Assembly (NCBI GenBank): GCA_947072905.1 | Contig: CAMTKF010000002.1 | Coordinates: 4,334 to 68,333 of the forward strand | Direction of reading: 5' to 3' | Origin: an uncultured Bacteroidales bacterium | GTDB taxonomy: Bacteria; Bacteroidota; Bacteroidia; Bacteroidales; Muribaculaceae | DNA: 64,000 nt | In this document: positions 28,246 through 36,222 of the stretch, piece by piece | Layout: each line of letters starts with the position of its first letter | Numbering within the stretch: position 1 is the first letter of the stretch | Translations under genes and position numbers: made by a program | Notes under the pieces: model-generated | Told to the model about the DNA's origin: nothing | The model's input: the letters and a program-made list of their open reading frames with translations, nothing else | Database searches by the model: none

Positions 28246-28278
28246 CCGGTAGCCGGGTATAAACAGTATAAATCAAGT

Positions 28279-28914
28279 ATGTTTATTCAAAAGAAATTTA
28301 TTTTAACGCTCATGGCTACGGCCATGCTTGCCTTGGGTTCTTGCTCAAAGGACAACAATGCAGAGGTTTCAGAAAATATTGGTACAATGGAAAATCAGGA
28401 AGCTCTTGAAGTGCTGAAAACACGCCGCTCGATACGTCATTACAAGGATTCAATGCCCGATCGCGAAATCCTTGACCGTGTGCTCGAGGCCGGCACGTAT
28501 GCACCTACAGGCATGGGCAAGCAGTCACCGATTATCGTTGCCGTGACTGATAAAGCCACGCGCGACAAGCTCTCGGAAATGAATGCTGCTGTAATGGGAA
28601 TGGATAAGGATCCGTTTTATGGCGCTCCCGTGGTTTTTGTAGTACTTGCCGACCGCAGTGTTCCTACATACCTTTATGACGGCAGCCTTGTCATGGGCAA
28701 TCTGCTCAATGCCGCTCATGCAGCGGGACTGGGCAGCTGTTGGATTCACCGGGCTAAAGAAGTGTTTGATACTCCCGAGGGTAAAGCTCTCTTGCGTCAG
28801 TGGGGTGTGGAAGGTGACTATGAAGGTATAGGGAATTGCATCATCGGTTATACCGATGGTGAAGCACCCGTAGCCGCTCCCCGCAAGTCAGACTATGTTA
28901 TTCATGTAGACTGA
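28279..28914 (+). CDS. Nitroreductase family protein with N-terminal lipoprotein signal
   Basis: RRSIRHY, YAPTGMGKQ, NLLNAAHAAGLGSCWI; residues 1-22 form an SPII signal ending LGSC; second in-frame ATG at 28387. Confidence 0.88.
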   Translation: MFIQKKFILTLMATAMLALGSCSKDNNAEVSENIGTMENQEALEVLKTRRSIRHYKDSMPDREILDRVLEAGTYAPTGMGKQSPIIVAVTDKATRDKLSEMNAAVMGMDKDPFYGAPVVFVVLADRSVPTYLYDGSLVMGNLLNAAHAAGLGSCWIHRAKEVFDTPEGKALLRQWGVEGDYEGIGNCIIGYTDGEAPVAAPRKSDYVIHVD

Positions 28915-28956
28915 TGACTCAATACAAAAGTTGATCCGATACTCGAACTAATTTCG

Positions 28957-28964
28957 TATTTTTG
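28957..28964 (+). promoter_or_regulatory. -7 box 4 nt upstream of the wzi GTG (likely leaderless)
   Basis: TATTTTTG-CGCC-GTG. Confidence 0.6.
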
Positions 28965-28968
28965 CGCC

Positions 28969-30504
28969 GTGGATATAAATATTAAAACGATTGCTTTAGT
29001 TGCTGCGCTCGCAACAAGCTTTCCGGCTGTGATGCAAGCCGTTGAACCGATTGATTATGAGGCATCTGTCGCCGGAGTGGCCGCTTCGGGCGATTTTGCG
29101 CCTTATTTCATCGGCTCAATGAACGGAGGCAAATTTGTACGTAAAGACCAACTTTTGCTTGATGTGAATGCAGCTATAAAGCCCGATACTGCCCGACGTT
29201 TCAGATGGGGAGTGGGGCTTGAAGTAATTGCCGGCTATTCATCCTCAAATGACTATTCCCTATGGAATGCGTCTGCCAATGAATGGACCTCACGCTCCAA
29301 CAGGCCTTCGGCTGCGTGGATTCAGCAACTCTACGGAGAGCTGGAATATCGCAGCATACGCCTGAGGGTAGGGCAGGAGCAGCCGCATTCGGCTTTGCTT
29401 GACGAGTCGTTGAGCAGCGGCGACCTCACACGCAGCGGTAATGCGCGCGGCATACCGGGGGTAAGCCTGGGTTTCAACGATTTTCAGGACATACCGTTCA
29501 CCAACGGATGGGTACAGATTGACGGAGTGATAGACTATGGCCGTTTTACTGACGATGGTTTTAAGGAAAAACAGTATAATTACTACACATGGCTTACCAC
29601 AAGTGATGTATATTATACATATAAACGCTGTTACTTCCGCACCAAGCCCACCAAGCCATTTTCTGTAACCGTAGGTATGCAGACAGCAGGCCAGTTTGGC
29701 GGTACATCCACGTATTACAAGCAGGGTGTTGAATACAAGCACGAGCATCGCGGATTCAAGATTAAGGATGTATTCAAAATGTTTCTGCCTGTTCAGGGCA
29801 ACGGTAACAGCTTTTACGAAGGAAACACCCTTGGTTCGTGGGATTTTAAAGCACGCTATCGCCTGCCGTCGGGTGATGAGATTGAGTTTGCCACCCAGTG
29901 GCCTTGGGAAGACGGTTCAGGTATAGGGCGCCGTAACGGTCTTGACGGACTGTGGGGGCTTTATTACCGTTCGGCGCGACGCTCGTTTATAAACGGAGCC
30001 TGCATTGAATGGCTTGACTTCCGCAATCAGAGCGGCCCCATACACTACGCACCGGCCGATGCACCCGGCTCTACAATAACAACCGAAGCTACCGGAGGCG
30101 ATAACTACTATAACAATGATACGTATTGCGCGTATACCAACTACGGTATGGCAATCGCCACTCCCTTTCTTGTATCGCCGATATATAATCTGAACGGCTA
30201 TCCCGCTTTCCTGCATAATTGCGCACGTGGATTGCATCTGGCCATGACCGGTTCTGTAGGACGTACATTTGACTATACCCTTAAGTACTCATGGCAACAG
30301 GCCTGGGGGATGGGACGTCAGCCGCAGGCATACTGCAAGATCGACAACTCTGCAATGCTTGATGTGGCTTGGGATGCGTCGGTGATAAGCGAGGGCCTCA
30401 GGATAAAGGCTGCCGTTGCGTTCGATGCCGGCCGTCTCAGAGGTAATAATTTCGGCACGATGCTGTCTATAAGCTATACCGGTCGCCTTAATTTTAAAAA
30501 GTAA
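28969..30504 (+). CDS. wzi: Capsule assembly Wzi family outer-membrane protein
   Basis: Signal peptide, SSGDLTRSGNARGIP, YEGNTLGSWD, GGDNYYNNDTY..YTNYGMAIATP, beta-strand C-terminus. Confidence 0.85.
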   Translation: MDINIKTIALVAALATSFPAVMQAVEPIDYEASVAGVAASGDFAPYFIGSMNGGKFVRKDQLLLDVNAAIKPDTARRFRWGVGLEVIAGYSSSNDYSLWNASANEWTSRSNRPSAAWIQQLYGELEYRSIRLRVGQEQPHSALLDESLSSGDLTRSGNARGIPGVSLGFNDFQDIPFTNGWVQIDGVIDYGRFTDDGFKEKQYNYYTWLTTSDVYYTYKRCYFRTKPTKPFSVTVGMQTAGQFGGTSTYYKQGVEYKHEHRGFKIKDVFKMFLPVQGNGNSFYEGNTLGSWDFKARYRLPSGDEIEFATQWPWEDGSGIGRRNGLDGLWGLYYRSARRSFINGACIEWLDFRNQSGPIHYAPADAPGSTITTEATGGDNYYNNDTYCAYTNYGMAIATPFLVSPIYNLNGYPAFLHNCARGLHLAMTGSVGRTFDYTLKYSWQQAWGMGRQPQAYCKIDNSAMLDVAWDASVISEGLRIKAAVAFDAGRLRGNNFGTMLSISYTGRLNFKK

Positions 30505-30509
30505 AGACT

Positions 30510-30968
30510 ATGCGGAAGAATCTGTTATACATAGCGTCGGTATTGTTTTTATTTTCGTTCGTCTCATGTCAGAACAACGGCCATATAGGTTGGATTTTCG
30601 GCGTGTGGCGTGTGGCTGAATATTCGATTGACGGGCAGCCACAGACAAGCAATCTTCAGTCAAGCACAACATTCGCGTTTCAAAACAACATTGTAAATGT
30701 TGTGGCTTATATTGACGATTATAATACTGATATTTCACGATATGGAACCTGGCAGCAAGATGGTGATGAATTTACATTCAACTTCACTCATCACGACGAT
30801 TCCACCGGTCAGGGCGAGGGGGTGTATGCTGCTCCCGAGTGGCTTGGCATGACTTCGGCCGAGCCCATGCGTATGCACGTAATCTCGCAGACCGATGATA
30901 AGTTCAGCCTTGAGTGGACTGATGCCGACGGAGCCAGAATAATTTATAAATTTGAAAAAACTTGGTGA
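30510..30968 (+). CDS. Lipocalin-like lipoprotein
   Basis: Lipobox FVSC then QNNGHIGWIFGVWRV (G-x-W lipocalin signature), all-beta pattern. Confidence 0.7.
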   Translation: MRKNLLYIASVLFLFSFVSCQNNGHIGWIFGVWRVAEYSIDGQPQTSNLQSSTTFAFQNNIVNVVAYIDDYNTDISRYGTWQQDGDEFTFNFTHHDDSTGQGEGVYAAPEWLGMTSAEPMRMHVISQTDDKFSLEWTDADGARIIYKFEKTW

Positions 30969-31977
30969 TATGATAGATAAGAATAAAACAGTATGTGTGA
31001 CAGGTGCCGACGGATTTATCGGCTCACATCTGACACAGATGTTGTTGCGCGACGGCTATAAAGTGCGTGCCCTTGCACAATATAATTCCTTTAATAACTG
31101 GGGCTGGCTTGAAGACGTATTGAATGAATGTTCGGAATGTGCCTCAAGACTTGAGGTTGTTACAGGTGATGTGCGTGATGCCAATTTCTGCCGAGAGCTT
31201 ATCAAGGGTTGCGGCACTGTATTCCATCTCGCTGCTTTGATTGCTATCCCTTACAGCTATGTGGCTCCCGACAGTTACGTGGACACCAACATCAAGGGTA
31301 CTCTCAACATGTGTCAGGCTGCAAGGGATGAGGGTATTGATCGACTTATAGTCACTTCAACAAGCGAAGTTTATGGCACCGCTCAATATGTTCCTATTCC
31401 CGAGACGCATCCCCGTCAACCGCAATCGCCGTATTCTGCTACCAAAATCGGAGCTGATGCCATAGCATTGAGTTTTTATAACGCATTCGAACTGCCGGTC
31501 GTAGTGGCAAGGCCCTTCAATACTTACGGCCCTCGCCAGAGTGCACGAGCTATAATACCTACCATAATTTCGCAGATAGCTTCGGGTATGCGAACCATCA
31601 AGGTCGGAGACCTTACACCAACCCGAGATTTTAATTTTGTAGAGGATACATGCCGCGGATTTATCGCCCTCGCAAATGCTGAAAATATTGAAGGCAAGGA
31701 AATCAACATAGCAACCGGCACTGAAATCTCTATGGCCGATACTTTGGCTACAATTGCACGTGTAATGAACGCAAATGTAGACTTCGAGGTGGATCCTGCA
31801 AGATTACGCCCCTCGGCCAGCGAGGTGAGACGACTGTGTGGAGACAACAGCCTGATATGTTCAATCACTGACTGGCGTCCTCAGGTATCGCTCGAAGAGG
31901 GTCTGCGCCGTACTGCCGAGTGGTTTACAAAACCCGAAAATCTCGCTAAATACAAGGCCGGAATATACAACCGTTGA
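30952..31977 (+). CDS. legB: NDP-GlcNAc 4,6-dehydratase, LegB-like SDR
   Basis: VTGADGFIGSHL, YNSFNNWGWLE, FHLAALIAIPYSYVAPDSYVDTN, QSPYSATK, RPFNTYGPRQSARAIIPTII. Alternative start ATG 30970. Confidence 0.85.
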   Translation: MKKLGDMIDKNKTVCVTGADGFIGSHLTQMLLRDGYKVRALAQYNSFNNWGWLEDVLNECSECASRLEVVTGDVRDANFCRELIKGCGTVFHLAALIAIPYSYVAPDSYVDTNIKGTLNMCQAARDEGIDRLIVTSTSEVYGTAQYVPIPETHPRQPQSPYSATKIGADAIALSFYNAFELPVVVARPFNTYGPRQSARAIIPTIISQIASGMRTIKVGDLTPTRDFNFVEDTCRGFIALANAENIEGKEINIATGTEISMADTLATIARVMNANVDFEVDPARLRPSASEVRRLCGDNSLICSITDWRPQVSLEEGLRRTAEWFTKPENLAKYKAGIYNR

Positions 31978-31978
31978 G

Positions 31979-32599
31979 ATGGATAAACCTATTGTTTTCA
32001 TAGGCGCCGGTGGCCATGCTACATCTGTGTGTGGAGCTGTGTCCGACTGCGAGATTGACGGCTACGTAGACCTCGCTAAATCTGAGTTGGATTTACCATA
32101 TCTCGGTAATGATGAAACATTCCTGAATACTTGTGGTTATGAGGGTAAACGCCTGCTGATCACCTTTGTGGCAGGCAGGGCTTGTTCGCTTGAGGCTCGT
32201 GCCCGGCTTATCGCACGATATAAAGGCTTTGAGTTTGCTACGGTTGTTGCTCCGACAGCTTATATTGCCGGAGATGCTCAGCTCGGTGCCGGTACTGTGG
32301 TGATGCACAGGGTCGTGGTGAATGTATCTTCTAAAACAGGCAGGCATTGTGTATTCAATACAGGCTGCATAGTGGAGCATGATTGTACGCTGGGCGACAA
32401 TGTGTTCATTGGTCCCGGTGCGGTGATTTGCGGAGGTGTGACAATAGGAAATAATGTATATATCGGAGCCAACTGCTCAATCCGTCCGGGCACTCGTATT
32501 GCAGATAATACAGTCATAGGAATGGGTGCGGCTGTGGTGGATAATATAGATGAGCCGGGTGTGTATATAGGCGTTCCGGCCAAAAAATCAGTAAAATGA
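31979..32599 (+). CDS. NeuD/PglD/LegH-type hexapeptide-repeat acetyltransferase
   Basis: IGAGGHA N-terminus, left-handed beta-helix repeats, IVEHDC, GVYIGVPAK. Confidence 0.9.
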   Translation: MDKPIVFIGAGGHATSVCGAVSDCEIDGYVDLAKSELDLPYLGNDETFLNTCGYEGKRLLITFVAGRACSLEARARLIARYKGFEFATVVAPTAYIAGDAQLGAGTVVMHRVVVNVSSKTGRHCVFNTGCIVEHDCTLGDNVFIGPGAVICGGVTIGNNVYIGANCSIRPGTRIADNTVIGMGAAVVDNIDEPGVYIGVPAKKSVK

Positions 32600-33600
32600 G
32601 TGTTATTGTTATTGCAGAAGGCGGTGTGAACCATAATGGTTCTGTTGAAACAGCCATCAATATGGTGCATGAAGCGGCCAAGGCCGGTGCCGACTATATA
32701 AAGTTTCAGACTTTCAAGGCTGAAAAACTGGTGGCTCCGTCGGCCAAGAAAGCTGAATACCAGAAAAATAACTGTGGCAATGCTGATGATTCGCAATTTG
32801 CCATGCTTAAGGCTCTTGAACTTAGCGATGCTGACTTCCGCAGAATAGCTGATGAATGCAAAAAGCTGGGTATAGGCTTTATGAGCACGCCATTTGACCT
32901 CGACTCCATAGATACCTTGGCCGACTTCAATATGGACTATTGGAAAATACCTTCGGGCGAAATTACCAATCTGCCATATCTGCGTAAAATCGCATCAAAA
33001 GGAGGCAAGGTGATACTTTCGACAGGAATGTCGACCATTGACGAGGTAGAGGCTGCCGTGCAGGTGCTCGAAGCCGGAGGGATAGGTTGTGAAAATATAG
33101 ACCTGCTGCATTGCACCACTCAATATCCCACTCCATACAATGCTGTGAACCTGAGAGCGATGGATGAACTTCGCAAACTCGGTTGCCACTCGGTAGGGTA
33201 CAGCGACCATACACTTGGCATAGTCGTACCTGTAGCAGCTACTGCGCTGGGCGCCCGTATTATTGAGAAACATTTCACTCTTGACAAGACTATGCCCGGC
33301 CCTGATCATAAGGCATCCTTATCGCCTGACGAGCTCAAGGCTATGGTGGAAGCCATCAGAACAGCCGAGATGAGCCTTGGCTCAGGAGAGAAGGTTGTGA
33401 CCGACGTAGAGCGCCCCAATATAGCCGTTGCCCGTAAAAGTATAGTTGCAGCAAGATTCATAAAGAAGGGCGAAATAATTACTGAAGACAGTATAACAAC
33501 AAAGCGTCCCGCAACAGGACTTTCGCCCATGTTGTGGGATGCTGTGGTCGGAAAAGTCGCAAAGCGCGATTTTAATCCCGACGAATGTATTGTTCTATAA
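32596..33600 (+). CDS. neuB: Nonulosonic acid synthase (NeuB/LegI) with SAF domain
   Basis: IAEGGVNHNG, KFQTF, STPFD, KIPSGEITN, STGM, LHCTTQYP, GYSDHT, IEKHFTLD..MPGPDHKASL, KRPATG. Confidence 0.95.
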   Translation: MSVIVIAEGGVNHNGSVETAINMVHEAAKAGADYIKFQTFKAEKLVAPSAKKAEYQKNNCGNADDSQFAMLKALELSDADFRRIADECKKLGIGFMSTPFDLDSIDTLADFNMDYWKIPSGEITNLPYLRKIASKGGKVILSTGMSTIDEVEAAVQVLEAGGIGCENIDLLHCTTQYPTPYNAVNLRAMDELRKLGCHSVGYSDHTLGIVVPVAATALGARIIEKHFTLDKTMPGPDHKASLSPDELKAMVEAIRTAEMSLGSGEKVVTDVERPNIAVARKSIVAARFIKKGEIITEDSITTKRPATGLSPMLWDAVVGKVAKRDFNPDECIVL

Positions 33601-33619
33601 TTAACTTGTAATCAGAATA

Positions 33620-34177
33620 CTATTTATAAAGCATTCCGCTTGCAATCTCATCAGCCTTTTCTTCGCCGAGAGTTTCCTTTATTATTGCGTATGCAAAAGG
33701 CAGAGCTGACGACGGACCGTTGGCGGTGATGATATTGCCGTCAACTACTACGCGGCCTTCTACATGAGTGGCGCCGGCTTCCTTAAGCTGTTCTTCAAAT
33801 CCGGGATAAGCGGTTGCCATTTTGCCTTTGAGAATGCCAAGGGTTGCAAGTACCACTGCAGGCGAAGCGCAGATTGCTGCTATTCTGCCGCCCTTTTCAT
33901 AATGAGCTTTAAGCGCTTCGCACAGAACTTCGTTTGCGCGCAGATTGGTGGCACCGGGCATACCGCCGGGGCAGATGAGCCAGTCGGCGTCTTCAAGGTT
34001 CACTCCGGCCAGTACTTCATCGGCGGCAACTGTTATGCCGTTTGCTCCTGTTACCAGACGTTCTTTGTTGATTGCTACTACAGTAACTTCCATACCGGCG
34101 CGGCGCAGAGCATCAACGGGTGCGATTGCTTCCACTTCCTCAAAACCGGTAGCGAGAAATAGATATGAACGTTTCAT
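33620..34177 (-). CDS. DJ-1/ThiJ/PfpI family protein
   Basis: GFEEVEA, PGGMPGATNL, AAICASP (nucleophile Cys), ITANGP. Confidence 0.93.
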   Translation of the reverse strand: MKRSYLFLATGFEEVEAIAPVDALRRAGMEVTVVAINKERLVTGANGITVAADEVLAGVNLEDADWLICPGGMPGATNLRANEVLCEALKAHYEKGGRIAAICASPAVVLATLGILKGKMATAYPGFEEQLKEAGATHVEGRVVVDGNIITANGPSSALPFAYAIIKETLGEEKADEIASGMLYK

Positions 34178-34254
34178 GTCGTTATGTATAAATTTTTAAA
34201 GAGTTGCTTTGTTTGCACAAATATAAACAAAATATTTTCCAAAGAGTGTATTTT

Positions 34255-34287
34255 TTTGCATTATTTAGGAAAAAAGTCATAACTTTG
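34255..34287 (+). promoter_or_regulatory. -33/-7 promoter 4 nt upstream of the apbE ATG (likely leaderless)
   Basis: TTTG, 21-nt spacer, TAACTTTG-AAAT-ATG. Confidence 0.65.
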
Positions 34288-34291
34288 AAAT

Positions 34292-35248
34292 ATGAAAATT
34301 CGGATACTTATATTATTGATATCAGCAATCGTGCTGGCTTCGTGCTCCGCACCCGAGTATAAAAAAGCCGAGGGGGTGGTGTGGGGCACTACATATCACA
34401 TTGTATACAAGAGCGATCGCGACCTCTCAGACTCCATTGTGGCAGAAATGCGCAATGTAGAACTTGCTCTGTCCATGTTTGACCCGGCTTCAAATGTATC
34501 GCAGATAAATGCCAGATCAACATGTATTGCCTCACCATATCTCAAGTCTGTTATGTCTGTAGCCAAGCGAGTGCACTCGGCCGCCGGCGGAATGTTTGAC
34601 CCCACGGTTGCGCCCCTTGTCGACTTGTGGGGGTTCGGCCGCAAGGGCAGCGAGACTCCGGTGCCGGATTCAGATCAGATATCTGAAGCTCTGTCAAAGG
34701 TGGGTTTGTCGCGCATACGTCTTTCGGGTGATTCAATTCTGATGCCTGAGGGCATGGAGCTCGACTTCTCGGCCATAGCAAAGGGCTTTGGCGTGGATTG
34801 TGTGGCTGCTGCATTAAGGCGCAACGGTTCCACCGATTATATGGTTGAGATAGGTGGCGAGGTAAGCCTGAGCGGTGTGAATACTTACGGAAAGGACTGG
34901 CGCATAATGGTTGAGTCGCCGGTTGACAGTGTCACCGGCAGTCAGGATGTATTGCAGCTGAGCAATTGTGCTGTAGCTACATCGGGCAATTATCGTAACA
35001 AGCGGAATATAAGCACCGATTCGGTGGTTGGTCACACAATCAATCCACTTACAGGATATCCAATGCAGACTTCTGTTCTCAGTGCCACGGTTATAGCACC
35101 TTCTTGTGTGCTTGCAGATGCACTTGCCACAGCGCTCATGGCCTCCGGTGCCGGTTCTGCCCCTGCGCTTATAAAGAAATTCCCTGCCACCAGGGCCATA
35201 TTGTATGTTAAGAATGAATCTGCAGTTGAAACCGTAATGATACCCTAA
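34292..35248 (+). CDS. apbE: FAD:protein FMN transferase lipoprotein
   Basis: Lipobox LASC, FDPTVAPLVDLWGFG, DFSAIAKGFGVD, VEIGGE, VATSGNYR, HTINPLTG, ADALATAL. Confidence 0.95.
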   Translation: MKIRILILLISAIVLASCSAPEYKKAEGVVWGTTYHIVYKSDRDLSDSIVAEMRNVELALSMFDPASNVSQINARSTCIASPYLKSVMSVAKRVHSAAGGMFDPTVAPLVDLWGFGRKGSETPVPDSDQISEALSKVGLSRIRLSGDSILMPEGMELDFSAIAKGFGVDCVAAALRRNGSTDYMVEIGGEVSLSGVNTYGKDWRIMVESPVDSVTGSQDVLQLSNCAVATSGNYRNKRNISTDSVVGHTINPLTGYPMQTSVLSATVIAPSCVLADALATALMASGAGSAPALIKKFPATRAILYVKNESAVETVMIP

Positions 35249-35255
35249 TAAAATA

Positions 35256-35305
35256 ACACAAGCCGTCAGCTGTCAAATAAAGATGACTTAGCCGGCGGCC
35301 TGTGT
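35256..35305 (+). terminator. Long imperfect hairpin after apbE
   Basis: ACACA-A-GCCGTC-A-GCT-GTCA ... TGAC-TT-AGC-C-GGCGGC-C-TGTGT followed by ATTT. Confidence 0.45.
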
Positions 35306-35511
35306 ATTTAACCTTTCCACTCATCACGAGCAGGCAGGTCCTAACCTTAAATCTATTACCATGAAAACACAGTGCAATAATGCTTTCGTACATTGTAAAC
35401 ACAAATAGATGGCAGAGTGTTCGCTATATTTGGTTAATTAACATATTTTAACCTTGCACTGACTGCAAATTTTCTTAATTTTGGACTCTAAATTTGAAAA
35501 AACACAAAACA

Positions 35512-36222
35512 ATGCGAGAAAGAATCCTTGTAATTGATGACGAAGAATCAATTTGCGACATATTCCAATATAATCTTACCAAAGAAGGTTATGAAGTAGA
35601 CACAGCTTACAGTGCTGAAGAAGCGCTCGAAATGGATTTGTCGAAATACCAGCTCTTTATAGTCGACATCATGATGGGCGATATGAGCGGATTTGATTTT
35701 GCCAAACGTCTGCGTAATGTTTCTGCAACAGAATTCACACCGATTATCTTTTGCTCAGCCCTCAACGAGGAAGACGAAAAGGTAATGGGTCTGAACATCG
35801 GTGCCGATGACTACGTGACAAAGCCATTCTCAATAAGCGAGGTCCTTGCCCGCGTAAGAGCGGTGCTTCGTCGTACAGCAGTGAAGAACAATATGGCTCA
35901 GGCTCAGGAGGATTCAGAATACGAGACAGACCTCACATACAAGACCCTTCGTATTGACCGTAACGCCAAACTTGCTTCTCTTGACAACGAAGCCCTGTCG
36001 CTCACACGCACCGAGTTTGAAATACTGCAATTCTTCCTTACACACCGCAACCGCATCTATTCCCGTCAGGAAATCATCTCAAGTGTATGGGGTGAAGATA
36101 TTGTGGTAAACAATCGCACGATTGACACAAATATTACCCGTCTGCGTAAAAAAATAGGTCAATACGCCGACAATATCGTGACTCGTCAGGGATTCGGTTA
36201 TGGTTTTAAAGAGACGTATTAG
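35512..36222 (+). CDS. OmpR/PhoB family response regulator
   Basis: ILVIDDE, VDIMMGDMSG (phospho-Asp), GADDYVTKPF, winged helix RTIDTNITRLRKKI...GFGY. Start moved to ATG 35512 because the track TTG lies inside a -7 box. Confidence 0.95.
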   Translation: MRERILVIDDEESICDIFQYNLTKEGYEVDTAYSAEEALEMDLSKYQLFIVDIMMGDMSGFDFAKRLRNVSATEFTPIIFCSALNEEDEKVMGLNIGADDYVTKPFSISEVLARVRAVLRRTAVKNNMAQAQEDSEYETDLTYKTLRIDRNAKLASLDNEALSLTRTEFEILQFFLTHRNRIYSRQEIISSVWGEDIVVNNRTIDTNITRLRKKIGQYADNIVTRQGFGYGFKETY

